64,000 nucleotides of DNA from an uncultured Acidobacteriota bacterium (GTDB lineage: Bacteria > Acidobacteriota > Vicinamibacteria > Vicinamibacterales > 2-12-FULL-66-21). The stretch lies in assembly GCA_963697775.1 (NCBI GenBank), contig CAVOPH010000016.1, positions 25,190-89,189 of the forward strand, written 5' to 3'. Position numbers and translations under genes: made by a program. The notes under the pieces are model-generated. The model saw nothing but the letters and a program-made list of their open reading frames with translations, was not told the DNA's origin and did no database searches. Positions 20,098 through 30,686 of this stretch are shown one piece after another. Positions within the stretch are counted from its first letter, which is position 1. Each line of letters opens with the position of its first letter.

Positions 20098-21372
20098 TCA
20101 CCGCGCGCGGCGGCGAGTTCGAGCTGCTGATCGGTCGCCTCGACGAACTCCCCTTCCCACTTGGCGATGACCACCGCCGCCAGGCAGTTGCCAATCACGT
20201 TCGTCATCGTCCGTCGCCATGTCCATCAGCTCGTCGACACCGAGAATCAGCGTCACACCTTCGAGCGGCAGGCCATAGCTCGCGAGCGTACCAGCGAGAA
20301 TGACCAGAGACGCCCGCGGTACTCCGGCGACACCCTTGCTCGTCAGCATCAGCGTCAGCAGCATCGTGATCTGGTGCGCTATCGTCAGCTGCACCCCGGC
20401 AGCTTGTGCCACGAACACCGCCGCCAGCGACAGGTACAGTGTCGTTCCATCAAGATTGAAGCTGTAACCCAGCGGCAGGACGAACGAGACGATCCGCCGC
20501 GGAACGCCCAGCCGTTCGAGTAGCTTCCATCGCGCGCGGCAGCGCCGCCTCGCTAGACGTGGTGGAGAACGCGATGATTGCAGGTTCTTTCACTGCGCGG
20601 ATGAACTTTCGCAACGGCACCTTGAATATGAGCGCAATCGGCAGAAACACCCCGAGAATGAGCACGGCCAGCGCACAGTAGAGCGTCGCCACCAGCCAGG
20701 CGAGGTTGTAGAGGACGCCGAGTCCGCCATGACCGACGGTATAGGCAATCGCTGCACCGACGCCGATCGGCGCGTAGTGCATCACGATGTTCGTGAACTT
20801 GAACATGGTCTCGGCGACCGCTTCGCACCAGGCGAGCACCGGGCGTCCCTTGTCACCGATCATTCCCAGCGCAATCCCGAAGAAGATGCTGAAGACGACG
20901 ATCTGAAGGACGTCTCCTCGTGCCATCGCGTCCAGGACCGAATCCGGGACAACGTGCAGGAGAATCTGGTCCCACGTCTGCGGTTTCGCCGTGATGTCCG
21001 ACGCCTGACCCATCGGCAGGTTGACGCCGACGCCGGGCTTCGTGATGTTGACCGCAAGCAGGCCAATCGACCAGCGCCAGTGTGGTGACGACTTCGAAGT
21101 AGATGAGCGCCCGCAGCCCCATGCGTCCTACTACCTTGAAGTGCCCTGCACCGGCGATTCCGGCGACCAGCGTCGCGAAGATCAGCGGCGCGATCACCAT
21201 CTTGATCAGCCGAAGGAACAGCTGGCTGAACGGGCGGAAGTAGACGGCGTACGCCGGATGCGTCGCGTCGATGATGGCGCCGACGATGATCCCGAGAATG
21301 AGGCCGGCGAAGATCTGCTGGGTGAGGGTGAAGCCGCGACGCGGCGCGGGTCGGGGTTGTGGCCAGTGCCAT
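20098..21372 (-). CDS. Dicarboxylate/amino acid:cation symporter (DAACS, GltP/DctA-like); indels
   Basis: IAPLIFATLV, FSTTSSEAALP, GYSFNLDGT, LTSKGVAGVPR. Confidence 0.9.
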
Positions 21373-21437
21373 TCGAAAACGTATCCTCCCCCGGAGGGCG
21401 CCGGGCTCTCGCGATTCTATCTGAAGTGATCTTGCTC

Positions 21438-21563
21438 GGGTTCTTCAAGGTTCTGCTGGGTTCTACAAGGTTCTGCCGGGTTCGTTCTGACGGGACGGAA
21501 CTGAAGAACCTCGTAGAACCTTGAACGAACCCTGTAGAACCTCGCAGAACCCTGTAGAACCTG
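21438..21563. repeat. Inverted array of 10-nt repeats (GGTTCTRC / GYAGAACC)
   Basis: About 5 GGTTC units, a spacer, then about 6 GAACC units. Confidence 0.85.
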
Positions 21564-21573
21564 AAAGGGGGTC

Positions 21574-22322
21574 CTACATCCACAGTGATCGGGCCGTCAG
21601 CTCGCGCGGATCCAGGCCGGCCGCGCGACCGAGAAGGCGTTGCCGTTCGGGAAGATCGATCCTGAACCGCCACTCGTCTGCTCTGCCACCTGCGGTCGTG
21701 ACCTGCTCCTGCCACTCCGGCCACCAGGCGAGGGCGCGCTTGGCGATTGGCTCGACGACGAGCACGTGCGCTCCCTGTTCGCGCGCTTCCACCAACCTCG
21801 CCAACAGCAGCGTTCTCCCGTGTCCGTCGTCGAGCTCGTTGATCGAGTACGCGGCCAGGATCCCGTGTCCCTTGCGGCCGCGGATCGGTGCGCGGACCAG
21901 GTCTCCCTGCCCTGCGTATCCGCTGATGCCGAAGTGACGATACGTCCAGCTCGCCTCTGAGACGGCCCATGGATGCGGTCGATGCCGTTGATCGACGCGC
22001 GGCCGCTCTCCAGTCGCCCACGCCGCGCCGGCCGCTCCAGTGCCACAGCCAAGATCGAGGATATGTGCGACGTAACGCGCGCGATCGATCGCGCGCGACG
22101 ATCTCGCGGGTCACCAGAAAGTGCAGCGGTCCATAGAAGAGCGCAAACGCCGCTCGCTTGCCCGCCGTATTCAGCGCCGCCGCCCTGCGCCAGCTTCGCG
22201 CGCCGTTCGACGTAACACGACGACAGCGACCGCAGCGCGCGCGAGACCTCAGACGGTCTGAGATTCGCGAGGTGCCGTTTCTCGAGCGCCGCCAGCCAAT
22301 CGGAAAACGACGTGTCCGTCAC
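21574..22322 (-). CDS. Putative SAM-dependent methyltransferase (Rsm22-like); indels
   Basis: Across frames: AFALFYGPLHFLV, LDLGCGTGAAG, AAYSINEL, VLVVEP. Confidence 0.6.
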
Positions 22323-22359
22323 AATTAGGACATTCTGGCATCGAATCTTTCAGGACGCT

Positions 22360-22590
22360 GAACCCCTGATCACTGATCACTTATCCTGAATCCCTGCTCC
22401 CCGAATCCCTGATCGTTGAATCCCTCATCCTCGCATCACTGGATCCACGAATCCTTGAATCGCACGAGTCTTCGACTACACGCAGTTCAGTTCAGCGGGC
22501 AGGCTCCAACGAGGCTGCAATTTCTGGATTCGACGATTGGAGGATTCGACGATTAGCGATTCTCGATCAGTGATCAGTGATCAGGGATTC
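22360..22590. repeat. Inverted heptamer-repeat element with 22-bp terminal inverted repeats
   Basis: gaacccctgatcactgatcact (22360-22381) matches the reverse complement of 22569-22590 at 21/22; internal GAATCC / GATTC units. Confidence 0.75.
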
Positions 22591-24560
22591 AGAGCTCGAC
22601 CTGCATGCCGAGCTCGACGACGCGTTCGGGAGGGATCTTGAAGAACGCGTTGGCGCGCATGGCGTTGCGGGCAATGAGCACGAACAGTCGTTCTCGCCAC
22701 AGCGGCAGGCCGGGGCGGCGTGTCGCCAGCAGGGTCTCTACGCCGAGAAAAAATGTCGTCTCGTTGAGGTCCATCGGGAAACCGCGAGCGGACGCTTCCT
22801 CGAGCGCGTCCGGAACATCCGGCTCCTCCATGAAACCGTACCGTAGCGTCAGGCGATAGAAGCCGTGGCCCAGGGTATCGACCGTCGCGCGATCGTCGGC
22901 AGTGACGTGCGGGACGTCGCTCGTTGTCACCGTGAGGAGGACGACCCGCTCGTGCAACACCTTGTTGTGTTGCAGGTTGTGAAGAAGCGTCGGCGGCGTT
23001 CCCTGCAGGTTGCTGGTCATGAAGATCGCCGTCCCCGACACCCGCTGCGGCGGGTACGTTTCGATGTCCTGCAGGAACCGGTCGAATGGATAGAGCCGCT
23101 CTCGCATGCGTTGCGCGAGGAGCGCACGGCCCGCTTTCCAGGTCGAGAGAACCGTGTAAACGACAATACCGACCACGAGCGGGAACCAACCGCCGTGGGC
23201 CACCTTCGTCAGGTTCGCGCCAAAGAATGCGAGCTCGATGAGAAAGAAGAAGAGCGCGATCGAGCCGGCCACGGGACGCCGTACGCCCCAGGCGCCGCGC
23301 GCGACGAGGTACGCAAGCATCGTCGTGATGAGCATCGTCAAGCTGACCGCGATGCCGTACGCCGCGGCGAGCGCGCTCGAGGAGCGGAATCCGACCACCA
23401 GCCCGAGCGTGGCGAACATCAACGCCCAGTTCACCTGGGGCACGTAGATCTGGCCCTGGTGATGCGCTGACGTGTACAAGATCTCCAGCCGCGGTGAATA
23501 TCCAAGCTGGATCGCCTGCCGGGTCAGTGAGAAGGCCCCGGAGATCAGCGCCTGCGACGCAATGATCGCGGCCGCCGTGGCAAGGATCACGAGCGGAAGC
23601 AGTCCCCAGCGCGGCGCCATGAGATAGAAGGGCGACGATGCAGCGGCGGGATCGAGCAGAATCATCGCGCCCTGTCCGAGGTAGTTGAGAAAGAGCGCTG
23701 GCAGCACAATCGAAAACCAGGCCAGCCGGATGGGCTTTGGGCCGAAGTGGCCCATGTCGGCGTACAGGGCCTCTCCGCCGGTGACCACCAGGAACACGGC
23801 ACCCAGGACGACGAAGCCGTGCCAGCCGTTCGCCTGGAAGAACGTCAGGCCGTGAAAGGGATTGAAGGCCGACAGGACTCTCGGCTCCCGCACGACCCAC
23901 GAGATCCCCAGAATCGGCGATCGTCGCGAACCACACGATCATCACCGGACCGAACAGCATGCCCACGCGTGCCGTCCCGCGCGACTGGATCATGAACAGG
24001 ATCACCAGGATCACGAGCGTGATCGGGACGATGTAGGGCTCGAAGATGTGGGTGACGACTTCGAGTCCTTCAACCGCGCTGAGAACCGAAATCGCCGGCG
24101 TGATCATGCCGTCGCCGTACAGCAGCGCCGCGCCAAACAAGCCGAGCGCGATCAGCATCGCGCGGCTCTTGCGCTGCGCATCGGGTCCCTGCGCGACCAG
24201 CGCGAGGAGCGCGAGGATGCCGCCTTCCCCCTTGTTGTCGGCGCGCATGACGAAGAGGATGTACTTGACCGAGATGATGAGCGTCAGCGACCAGAAGATC
24301 AGCGACAGCACGCCGAGCACGTTGTCGTGCGTCGCGGCCACGCCGTGCTCTCCGTGGAAACACTCACGCAACGAGTACAACGGGCTGGTGCCGATGTCTC
24401 CATAGACCACGCCGAGCGCGCCCAGCGTCAGCAGACCGAGACCGGAGGAGTGCTCAGGGTGCGGAGCACGACGGGGCTGCGGAGCTGGTCGGGAAGTGGA
24501 TGGCGAAGACAACGCGGAAGTTGAGCCAGTCAGAAGGCGCCGGACCCCGCTGGGTGACAT
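22589..24560 (-). CDS. kup: Kup (KT/HAK/KUP) potassium uptake transporter; indel near 23910
   Basis: [72 protein letters not shown]. Confidence 0.96.
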
Positions 24561-24573
24561 TCAACAGCCTCCA

Positions 24574-24710
24574 AAACGCCTGCGAGGTTAGCTGACGGGC
24601 TGGAGGTTGAAGGTCCTCCTCCGAAATAGTCGGATATGCCCCTGACGAGCCGCTGACTCGTCCACTGGTTCCCCCGCTCCGCGCGTCTGGCCGCGGATTC
24701 GGCTCGTTCG
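24574..24710 (-). ncRNA. c-di-AMP (ydaO/yuaA) riboswitch in the kup leader
   Basis: Minus strand: GCCGAATCC..GGAGCGGGGGAACCA..GGGGCATATCC..GGAGGAGG..CCTCCAGCCCGTCAGCTAACCTCGCAGGC, then GGAGG SD and the kup ATG. Confidence 0.9.
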
Positions 24711-24806
24711 AGCATACGCCGGTGGCCCGGACGCGTCAAAATACGGCCGCCGGCCACGATCCACTCGTCTCGTCGGCGGAGTCGGCCGTCAGAACGCGCG
24801 GGAGGA

Positions 24807-25137
24807 ATGATGAGGTACACGTGCGCTTGCATTGGTGGTCGTCTTTGCGGCTCTGCTTGTCGGCGCCGTGGCCATGACGGCCCAGACGTCACGCCCCGGA
24901 GAGACCATGCAGTTGTGGGAGTACCGGACGGAAATCACCCGCGAACGCGGTGTACCGGCCGAGACTCGTGCAGACTCGCATCGCGAAGCGGGTCCCACAG
25001 ACTCCATGCTGAATTCACGAGGAAGGGATGGTTGGGAGCTCGTCGCCGTCACGCGGCGGGAGATTCGCGTGGACGACACGCTGCAGACCGAGACGTTCTA
25101 CACGTTCAAGCGTTCGACACGATCGGTCAATCGGTAG
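24807..25137 (+). CDS. Small exported DUF4177-like protein; probable indel near the start
   Basis: WEYRT...LNSRGRDGWELVAV...YTFKR pattern; signal-like N-terminus; GGAGG SD before the ATG at 24807. Confidence 0.65.
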
Positions 25138-25140
25138 ATC

Positions 25141-25268
25141 AGGGTTCTACGGGGTTCGGCAGGGTTCTACAAGGTTCTGCAAGGTTCGTTCGGTTCTGCA
25201 AGGTTCGTTCGGTTCGCTCAGTCCTGAGAACGAACCCAGCCGAACCCTGCCGAACCTAGTAGAACCCA
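25141..25268. repeat. Inverted array of 10-nt repeats (GGTTCTRC / GYMGAACC)
   Basis: agggttctac ggggttcggc agggttctac aaggttctgc ... cgaaccctgc cgaacctagt agaaccc. Confidence 0.85.
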
Positions 25269-25338
25269 GCCCTCTCGTGCCTCTGACGCGAAATGGTAGA
25301 CTCCTGCCAAATTCACGACGGTTGCAAGGAGCTGCCCT

Positions 25339-27453
25339 GTGATAATCGACGCTGGAACATCGTCTCTCTTCATCGCAGCAGTCGTGGTCTTGATCTCTCT
25401 TCTTCACTCAACCTATAGCATCGGTCCCACCCAGATCGGACTGGTCCGCAAACGATTCGGAGCCAAGCTGCCCGGAGATAATCCCCTGGCGTTCCGTGGG
25501 GAAGCGGGGTACCAGGCGCAATTGCTCATGCCCGGCCTCCGCTTCAAATTCGGCCTGGTGTTCGCCGTGACGAAGCACCCGTGGGTGCAGGTGCCCGCGG
25601 GCCAAATCGGCGTGGTGATTGCCCAGGTTGGACAGCCGCTGCCCATCGGCGCTAAGTCGGCGGTGTACAAACCGGAGTTCGGTAATTTCAGTGACCTGAA
25701 CACGTTCATCGAAAAAGGCGGTCAAAAGGGCGTTCAGCGGCCGGTGTTGTCTCCCGGCACACTGGCTCCGATTCATCCCGTCGCCTTCATGGTGATTACC
25801 AAGCCGGAGGTGTTCGGCCAACCCATTTCTTCGGATCTCAGCACGTTAGCTCACAAGAAGGGCGCGCTCACGTACGAGGCGTTCGGGCTCGACGCACGGC
25901 AACTCGAAGTTACCCGAATCTCTCCGCATCCAACCGAGGCCGGAAAAGTCCTCGACATGGTGGGTGTCGTCACGACGTTGGAAGGCGAGCCTTTGCCTGC
26001 CGGTGATATCGCGAGCCGCCTGGGCGGATTCAAAGATATCGAAGTGTTGGAGTCCGTCGCTGGCGCGAGCTCCGCCACGGACGCGCGACTCATCGAGACC
26101 ATTCTGGGCAACCAAAATGACAAGCACAGCGCCTACCAGGATTTTCAGAAGTTTTTGCAACTGGGCGGCAAGATCGGGCTGCAACACGACCCCCTGCTGT
26201 ATGGGGCGTACAACCTCAACCCTTTTCTGGTCCGGGTCGAAGAAGTGCCCATGCTGGTCGTCGAGCAAGGTCAGGTTGCCGTGATGAAAGCGTACGTCGG
26301 TCTCCCGACGCAAGATACGTCGGGGATTGAGTTCAAGTTCGGCAGCCTCGTGCGGCCCGGCCATCGCGGCATCTGGCAGGAGCCGCTGCGAACGGGAAAG
26401 TACCCGATCAATCCTCGCTGTTACCAGGCCGTCATTGTGCCGACGTTTATCATCACGCTGAACTGGGCCGATGTTGTGTCGCAAGCGCACAATCTTGATG
26501 CGCAACTGAAGCAGATTGAGGCAAAGAGCAGTGAGGGGTTTCACTTCGCGATCGATCTGCAGGTGCAGATTCACATTCCAGACACCCAGGCTCCGTATGT
26601 CATCTCCATGGTTGGAAGCGTGGCGAACCTCGTCAACGAGGTGTTGCAGGCCGCGGTGGGCAACCATTTTCGCAACAAGCTGCAGAGCATGCCCGCGGTG
26701 AGCTTCATTGCCACTCGCGAAGCGGTGCAACAAGGTGCATTCGAGTACGTCAAAGAAGAACTGGCGAAATATCGGGTCGAAACGCGCGGCGTCTATATCC
26801 AGGCCGTGGTGCTCCCAGAGCAATTGGTGCAAGTGCTGACGGAACGGGAGATCGCCAATCAACAAGTGGACACCTACAAGATGCAGAAGTCGGCTCAGGA
26901 CCAGCGCACCGAAACCGAGAAGGCCAAAGGCACTGCGGACATGCAGGCGGACCTCGCGAAGTCTCAGGTGGGTGTGGACATCCAAAGCAACCGGACTGCG
27001 GCCCGGAAAATGGAAGCCCAGGGAGAGGCCACGTTCATCGAGCAGACCGGCGCGGCCCAGGGCGCGCAGGTCAGATCTGTCGGTCTGGCAAGGGCGGAGG
27101 CGTACGACAGGCAGGTTGCCGCTCTGGGAGCGACCGCGACGGCGCTGGTGAACGCCGTCGAAGCTCTTTCGAAGAGCAATGTGCCGTTTATGCCGAACAC
27201 GTTGGTCATGGGCGGCAGCGAGGGAAGCGGCACGCTCGGAGGAGTGATGGCGCTCTTGATGCGCCAGATCGACGCCGGGCTTGCCGCGAAGCCAGTGCCG
27301 ACGCGACGCCCCGGGGATGACTACAAGCGAAGGGTGGCGGAGAGGGAGGGATTCGAACCCCCGGTACCCTTCCGGGTACAGTGGTTTTCAAGACCACCGC
27401 CATCGACCACTCGGCCACCTCTCCTATCGGGACAAAGCCTTCAACTATTGTAG
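25339..27453 (+). CDS. SPFH/band-7 (flotillin-like) membrane protein; 3' end overlaps tRNA-Ser antisense, true end probably near 27320
   Basis: N-terminal TM, repeated GQKGVQ/GHRGIW..PL..G.Y.INP units, SPFH core (SSEGFHFAIDLQVQIHI), AE-rich coiled coil. Confidence 0.85.
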   Translation: MIIDAGTSSLFIAAVVVLISLLHSTYSIGPTQIGLVRKRFGAKLPGDNPLAFRGEAGYQAQLLMPGLRFKFGLVFAVTKHPWVQVPAGQIGVVIAQVGQPLPIGAKSAVYKPEFGNFSDLNTFIEKGGQKGVQRPVLSPGTLAPIHPVAFMVITKPEVFGQPISSDLSTLAHKKGALTYEAFGLDARQLEVTRISPHPTEAGKVLDMVGVVTTLEGEPLPAGDIASRLGGFKDIEVLESVAGASSATDARLIETILGNQNDKHSAYQDFQKFLQLGGKIGLQHDPLLYGAYNLNPFLVRVEEVPMLVVEQGQVAVMKAYVGLPTQDTSGIEFKFGSLVRPGHRGIWQEPLRTGKYPINPRCYQAVIVPTFIITLNWADVVSQAHNLDAQLKQIEAKSSEGFHFAIDLQVQIHIPDTQAPYVISMVGSVANLVNEVLQAAVGNHFRNKLQSMPAVSFIATREAVQQGAFEYVKEELAKYRVETRGVYIQAVVLPEQLVQVLTEREIANQQVDTYKMQKSAQDQRTETEKAKGTADMQADLAKSQVGVDIQSNRTAARKMEAQGEATFIEQTGAAQGAQVRSVGLARAEAYDRQVAALGATATALVNAVEALSKSNVPFMPNTLVMGGSEGSGTLGGVMALLMRQIDAGLAAKPVPTRRPGDDYKRRVAEREGFEPPVPFRVQWFSRPPPSTTRPPLLSGQSLQLL
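27335..27424 (-). tRNA. tRNA-Ser (anticodon TGA)
   Basis: GGAGAGGTGGCCGAGTGG...GTGGTCTTGAAAACCAC, long variable arm GTACCC-GGAA-GGGTAC, GGTTCGAATCC, CCA end. Confidence 0.97.
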
Positions 27454-27552
27454 CTTCTAGCGAGCGTCTCGACTGGAGTCGACGGCGACCGGCGCTCGGC
27501 CTGTACGTTTTGGAACAGCCATCGCGGCCGCCCTTCCATAACGTATCGCAGT

Positions 27553-28338
27553 ATGGGTACTCACCAAGAGACGCGAGCAATGACCGCCGGGCTGCCTTCG
27601 CCGCCTTCTATTCCGTCGTCACCGCCGCCGGACGACCTGGCACGCGCCCTGGACGAGACCCGTGCTCGTTTCGTCGCCACTTTCGTCACAGATTGCGACG
27701 CCATCGCCGCGCTCCTGGAAGAAGCCCTGGCCCATCCCGCCAGTGATCCGCCGACGGAGCTGACCGAACGTGTGCATCGGCTCATTGGACTGCCCGGGAC
27801 AATCGGATTTCCCACCATCAGCCGTCGCGCGGTCGACCTCGAGAGCCTGCTTGCCGCCAGCGTGGTTGATGCGCCGCTGGCACGGGTGGCACTGGAGAAG
27901 ATGCGGCGCGCCTTCACTCATGATCTGGCGGACGCGCCAGCCATGTCGGCGCCGCAAAGCGCGCCTGCTACCGGTATCAAAATCCTGATCGCTGAAGATC
28001 ATGCCGACCAGCGGAGAATTCTCGGCGTCTCGCTCGCGCACGCCGGGTTCCTCCCGATCGCCCTCCGCTCGGGCGAGGGCGTGGTCGACAGGGTGCGCGC
28101 CGAGCGACCGGCGTTGATTCTGCTCGATATCGCCATGCCGGGGCTCGACGGCTATTCGGTGTGCCGGCTCCTGAAGTCCGATCCTGAGCTGAGCGCCATC
28201 CCCGTTATCCTGATGACGACCGGTGCGAATGTGCGCCACCGGCTCGCCGGGCTCACGCTCGGGGCCGACGATTTCTTGAGTAAACCCATTGACATGCGCG
28301 AGCTGATCCTGCTCATTCGCGTTCGACTCGGAGGCTGA
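27553..28338 (+). CDS. Hpt + receiver domain protein
   Basis: VHRLIGLPGTIGF (Hpt His); ILIAED, LLDIAMPGLDG, GADDFLSKP. Confidence 0.85.
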   Translation: MGTHQETRAMTAGLPSPPSIPSSPPPDDLARALDETRARFVATFVTDCDAIAALLEEALAHPASDPPTELTERVHRLIGLPGTIGFPTISRRAVDLESLLAASVVDAPLARVALEKMRRAFTHDLADAPAMSAPQSAPATGIKILIAEDHADQRRILGVSLAHAGFLPIALRSGEGVVDRVRAERPALILLDIAMPGLDGYSVCRLLKSDPELSAIPVILMTTGANVRHRLAGLTLGADDFLSKPIDMRELILLIRVRLGG

Positions 28339-28341
28339 CGG

Positions 28342-28507
28342 CTAGTGGCCTGTCCACGCTGAACAAGGACCAGATCGCGGAGCGCGGCGCCCGGATGGCA
28401 AGGCGCGACGACCGCGAATACCGGGAGTTTTCAAGGGAGGAGCAACGCCGCCAGCCGGGATGCCCCGCCCGCGAGATGGTCCTTGTTCAGCGTGGACAGG
28501 CCACTAG
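28342..28507. mobile_element. 166-bp MITE-like element with 31-bp perfect terminal inverted repeats
   Basis: CTAGTGGCCTGTCCACGCTGAACAAGGACCA (28342-28372) and its exact reverse complement (28477-28507); no ORF inside. Confidence 0.8.
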
Positions 28508-28866
28508 GTGAGCAGGGCGAGGACATCGGCCGCCAACGTCCGCGGGTCGAACGGCTTGATCAGGACTCCGGCGGCGCCCAGGTCTTTCATGCCCTGAATC
28601 TCGGCGACGATCGTCTTCGCCGTGAGGAAGATGACCGGCGTCGTCGCGGTTTCGCTCTGCATCCGCAAAGCCGCGATCGTCTGCGCCCCATCCATCATTG
28701 GCATCATCATGTCGAGGAGAATGACGTCCGGCTGTTCCTCGCGTGCCTTGCATAGGCCGTCGAGGCCGCCGCTGGCCTCAACGACGTCGATGTCGCCGCC
28801 GGCGCGGAGACTCATCGCCGCAACGAAGCGAATATCGGCGTCATCGTCGATGATCAGCACCTTCAC
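28504..28866 (-). CDS. Single-domain response regulator
   Basis: KVLIIDDD, LLDMMMPMMDG, FLTA, IKPF. Confidence 0.92.
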   Translation of the reverse strand: MKVLIIDDDADIRFVAAMSLRAGGDIDVVEASGGLDGLCKAREEQPDVILLDMMMPMMDGAQTIAALRMQSETATTPVIFLTAKTIVAEIQGMKDLGAAGVLIKPFDPRTLAADVLALLT

Positions 28867-30530
28867 GATGGTGTCTCGTCATCGGGCGCGTGTGTCGCCA
28901 GGCGAAACCAGAACGCGCTGCCGGCGCCTTCCTCGCTGTCCACCCCGATGCTGCCGCCGTGCTGCTCGACAATCGACTTGCAGATCGCAAGTCCGAGTCC
29001 GGCGCCGCCCTTCTCGCGCGCGTCGGATGGATCGACCTGGCGAAACCGCTCGAAGATCGCGCGCTGATAGACGGCGGGCACACCTCGGCCATGATCGATG
29101 ACGCGGAACTCTGTCCATTTACCGTCTACGGTCACCGCGATCGTGACCACGCCACCGGGCGGAGAAAACTTGACGGCGTTCGACAGGAGATTGACGAGCA
29201 CTTGCACGATCCGATCGGCGTCGCCATGGATGGAGGACGACACGGTCGGCGCCTCGACCCTGACGCCCTGTGCGCCGAAGGCGGCGAGCGACTCCATCGC
29301 GCGGCGCAGAATCGAGGCAATTGGGACGTGGGTGATTTGCAATTCGATCTTCCCGGTTTCGAGTCGCTCCAGATCGAGAATGTCTTCAATCAACGCCATC
29401 AGACGGATGGCATTGCGCTCAGCGAGCGCGACGACCTCGACCACGTGGTCCGACAACGGGCCCGCGGCGCCGGACGCGAGCAGGCCGAGGGATCCGCGAA
29501 TCGAGGTCAACGGCGTGCGCAACTCGTGGCTGACGGTTGACAGAAACCCTTTCTTGAGCTGTTCCACTTCCTCGAGGCGTTCGACTGTCTGCTCGGCGAC
29601 GGATTTCGCGGCTTCGAGTTCGAGGTTTTTCTCCTGGAGGATTTGCTCGATGTGCTTGCGCTCGGTGATATCGCGGGCAGCGGCGAACACGCCCTGCAAC
29701 GTGCGATCGCGGTCGTAGAACGTCGTCGCGTTGTAGGACACGACGGTCATCTTGCCGTCGCGCGCACGCGCGGTGAGCTCGTAATTGGTGAGCTTTTTTT
29801 CCCGCAGCACCAGCTTGATCCCGGCAGCGGCGCGCTCCGGATCGGTGAAGTAGTTCTTGAACGGTGCGCCGATCAGCTCGTCTCGCGTGCATCCTGTGAG
29901 CGCTTCCATCTGCCGATTGACGTCCGTAATTATGCCGGCGGCGTCGGTCGTCATCAGGGCATCGATGTTGGATTCGATCAGCGAGCGCGTGTAGAAGTGC
30001 TGGTCGCGAAGACGTTGATCGAGTTTTTGCTGCTCCGCCTCGACGCGCTTGCGGGCAGTGTTGTCGGTGCCGATCAGGAGGTACCCGATGATCCCGCCCT
30101 GATCGTTGCGCAACGCCGTGACCGATACAATCGCGGGGAAGCGGCTGCCGTCCTTGCGAATATAGGTGAGCTCGTAGATATCTTCTATTCCGCGCGAGGC
30201 CTTGAAGACCAGCGCGTCGAAACCGGGCGAAATCGTCGTGCCCAGTTCCACGCTGAGAGTGTCGGCGCGGGCAACCAGCTCCTGCGGGTCGGAAATATCG
30301 GCCGGCGTGATCTTGTTGAGAACGTCGGCAGCGGCATACCCAAGCATCCGCTCGGCGCCGACATTGAACAGTTGGATGACACCCTTGTCGTCGGTGGCGA
30401 TGCTCGAGAAGTTGGCGCTGTTGAGGATGGCGTTCTGCAGCGCGCCGGTCTTGAGGAGCGCTTCTTGCCGGCGCACCTCGGCGCCGGCGTCAGCGGTCAT
30501 GGTGTCGAGCGTCTTGGTCGCGGCGGCCAT
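28863..30530 (-). CDS. Cytoplasmic PAS-PAS histidine kinase
   Basis: Two PAS/PAC domains; SHELRTPL H-box; NLLSNAVKF, DHGRG, GAGLGL. Confidence 0.93.
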   Translation of the reverse strand: MAAATKTLDTMTADAGAEVRRQEALLKTGALQNAILNSANFSSIATDDKGVIQLFNVGAERMLGYAAADVLNKITPADISDPQELVARADTLSVELGTTISPGFDALVFKASRGIEDIYELTYIRKDGSRFPAIVSVTALRNDQGGIIGYLLIGTDNTARKRVEAEQQKLDQRLRDQHFYTRSLIESNIDALMTTDAAGIITDVNRQMEALTGCTRDELIGAPFKNYFTDPERAAAGIKLVLREKKLTNYELTARARDGKMTVVSYNATTFYDRDRTLQGVFAAARDITERKHIEQILQEKNLELEAAKSVAEQTVERLEEVEQLKKGFLSTVSHELRTPLTSIRGSLGLLASGAAGPLSDHVVEVVALAERNAIRLMALIEDILDLERLETGKIELQITHVPIASILRRAMESLAAFGAQGVRVEAPTVSSSIHGDADRIVQVLVNLLSNAVKFSPPGGVVTIAVTVDGKWTEFRVIDHGRGVPAVYQRAIFERFRQVDPSDAREKGGAGLGLAICKSIVEQHGGSIGVDSEEGAGSAFWFRLATHAPDDETPS

Positions 30531-30686
30531 GCGTCTGTTGGCTCAGCATGGCAGTCCAGAGGCGCGACTGTCTGTCCTGGTTTGCACAGCGCAAGTTATT
30601 TAGGGAACTCGCGCCCTTGCGCGGCTGTGCAGAACGAGACAGCCCTGCCGTGACCTGAGCGGTACAGTCTCATCCGAGGCAGAACC

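Noticed and set aside
21438..21563. CRISPR array interpretation of the GGTTC/GAACC repeats
   Set aside because: Units are 10 nt, contiguous and inverted, with no unique spacers of about 30 nt and no cas genes
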